Of a DNA stretch of 64,000 nucleotides, positions 63,521 to 64,000 are shown piece after piece (position 1 is the first letter of the stretch; the number at the start of each line of letters is the position of its first letter). The translations under genes were made by a program, and so were the position numbers. The notes beneath the pieces were generated by a model that was not told the origin of the DNA, did no database searches, and worked only from the letters and a program-made list of their open reading frames with translations. Source of the stretch: Ptychomitrium polyphyllum (Eukaryota); the NCBI GenBank assembly GCA_973851085.1, contig OZ316776.1, forward strand, positions 5,084,001 to 5,148,000, written 5' to 3'.

Positions 63521-64000
63521 ATATCAAGAGTTGCCTATTTTTTGGATGTATAGATTTGAGAAGACTATAAATTAAAAATATAAAGAGTTAGAAAAAAGAA
63601 AAAAAACAAACATATTTGAGAAATTTTACATAATATATATTATGGAATTGATAAAAAAAATAGATATACATCATAATGATATTGAGCTATAAGCAAAATT
63701 CAAGGCTTTGTAATTTCATATAAGTCAAAATTACATCAAAATTCTAAAAAAGAGTATTGTAGGAGGAGAAGAAAATTCTTACAATGATTGTTCTTTAATA
63801 TAAGTTTTTTTGTCAAAGTATTGGAAGGTAGATTTAGAGTAAATAAATGAAACCTTTACCAATCTATTTTTGGCATAGCATATTCAAAAGTGGCACAACT
63901 TGTAACTATAACAAAAAATTCTTTATTAAATTTGTTTTTGATGAATTTGCAAAATGATAATCTTTTTTTGAAAAGACTTACTTTTGGTAACCAAAATAGC

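Overview
Eukaryotic land-plant genomic DNA, most consistent with a moss (inferred from GC-rich intron-containing genes separated by AT-rich decayed Ty3/gypsy chromovirus remnants). Recognisable loci: an aberrant tRNA-Trp(CCA) with an internal 26-bp duplication followed by a 7x37-bp array; RMT2-type ankyrin/arginine methyltransferase; a HECATE-like bHLH with two apparent frame disruptions; intronless TSR3; EYES ABSENT phosphatase; an F-box/kelch-like gene; and nested and solitary gypsy remnants. Two loci appear in the ORF track only as fragments and were assembled by hand from splice signals. (1) An apparently intact 7-exon, ~603-aa gene (26913-29754, minus) encodes two very divergent AP2 domains with ANT/WRI-type intron phases, a predicted GC-AG intron and a long acidic N-terminus. 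This is the most novel-looking item. (2) An unprocessed TPLATE pseudogene (30789-33089, minus) lies directly upstream of it. Other oddities: an unidentified frameshifted coding remnant associated with TCGGATTC-core arrays, a diverged inverted duplication (47502-48668), a miRNA-like hairpin (53529-53617) and a telo-box + GCCACGTCA module shared by two ribosome-related genes. All family assignments come from remembered motifs, not database searches.
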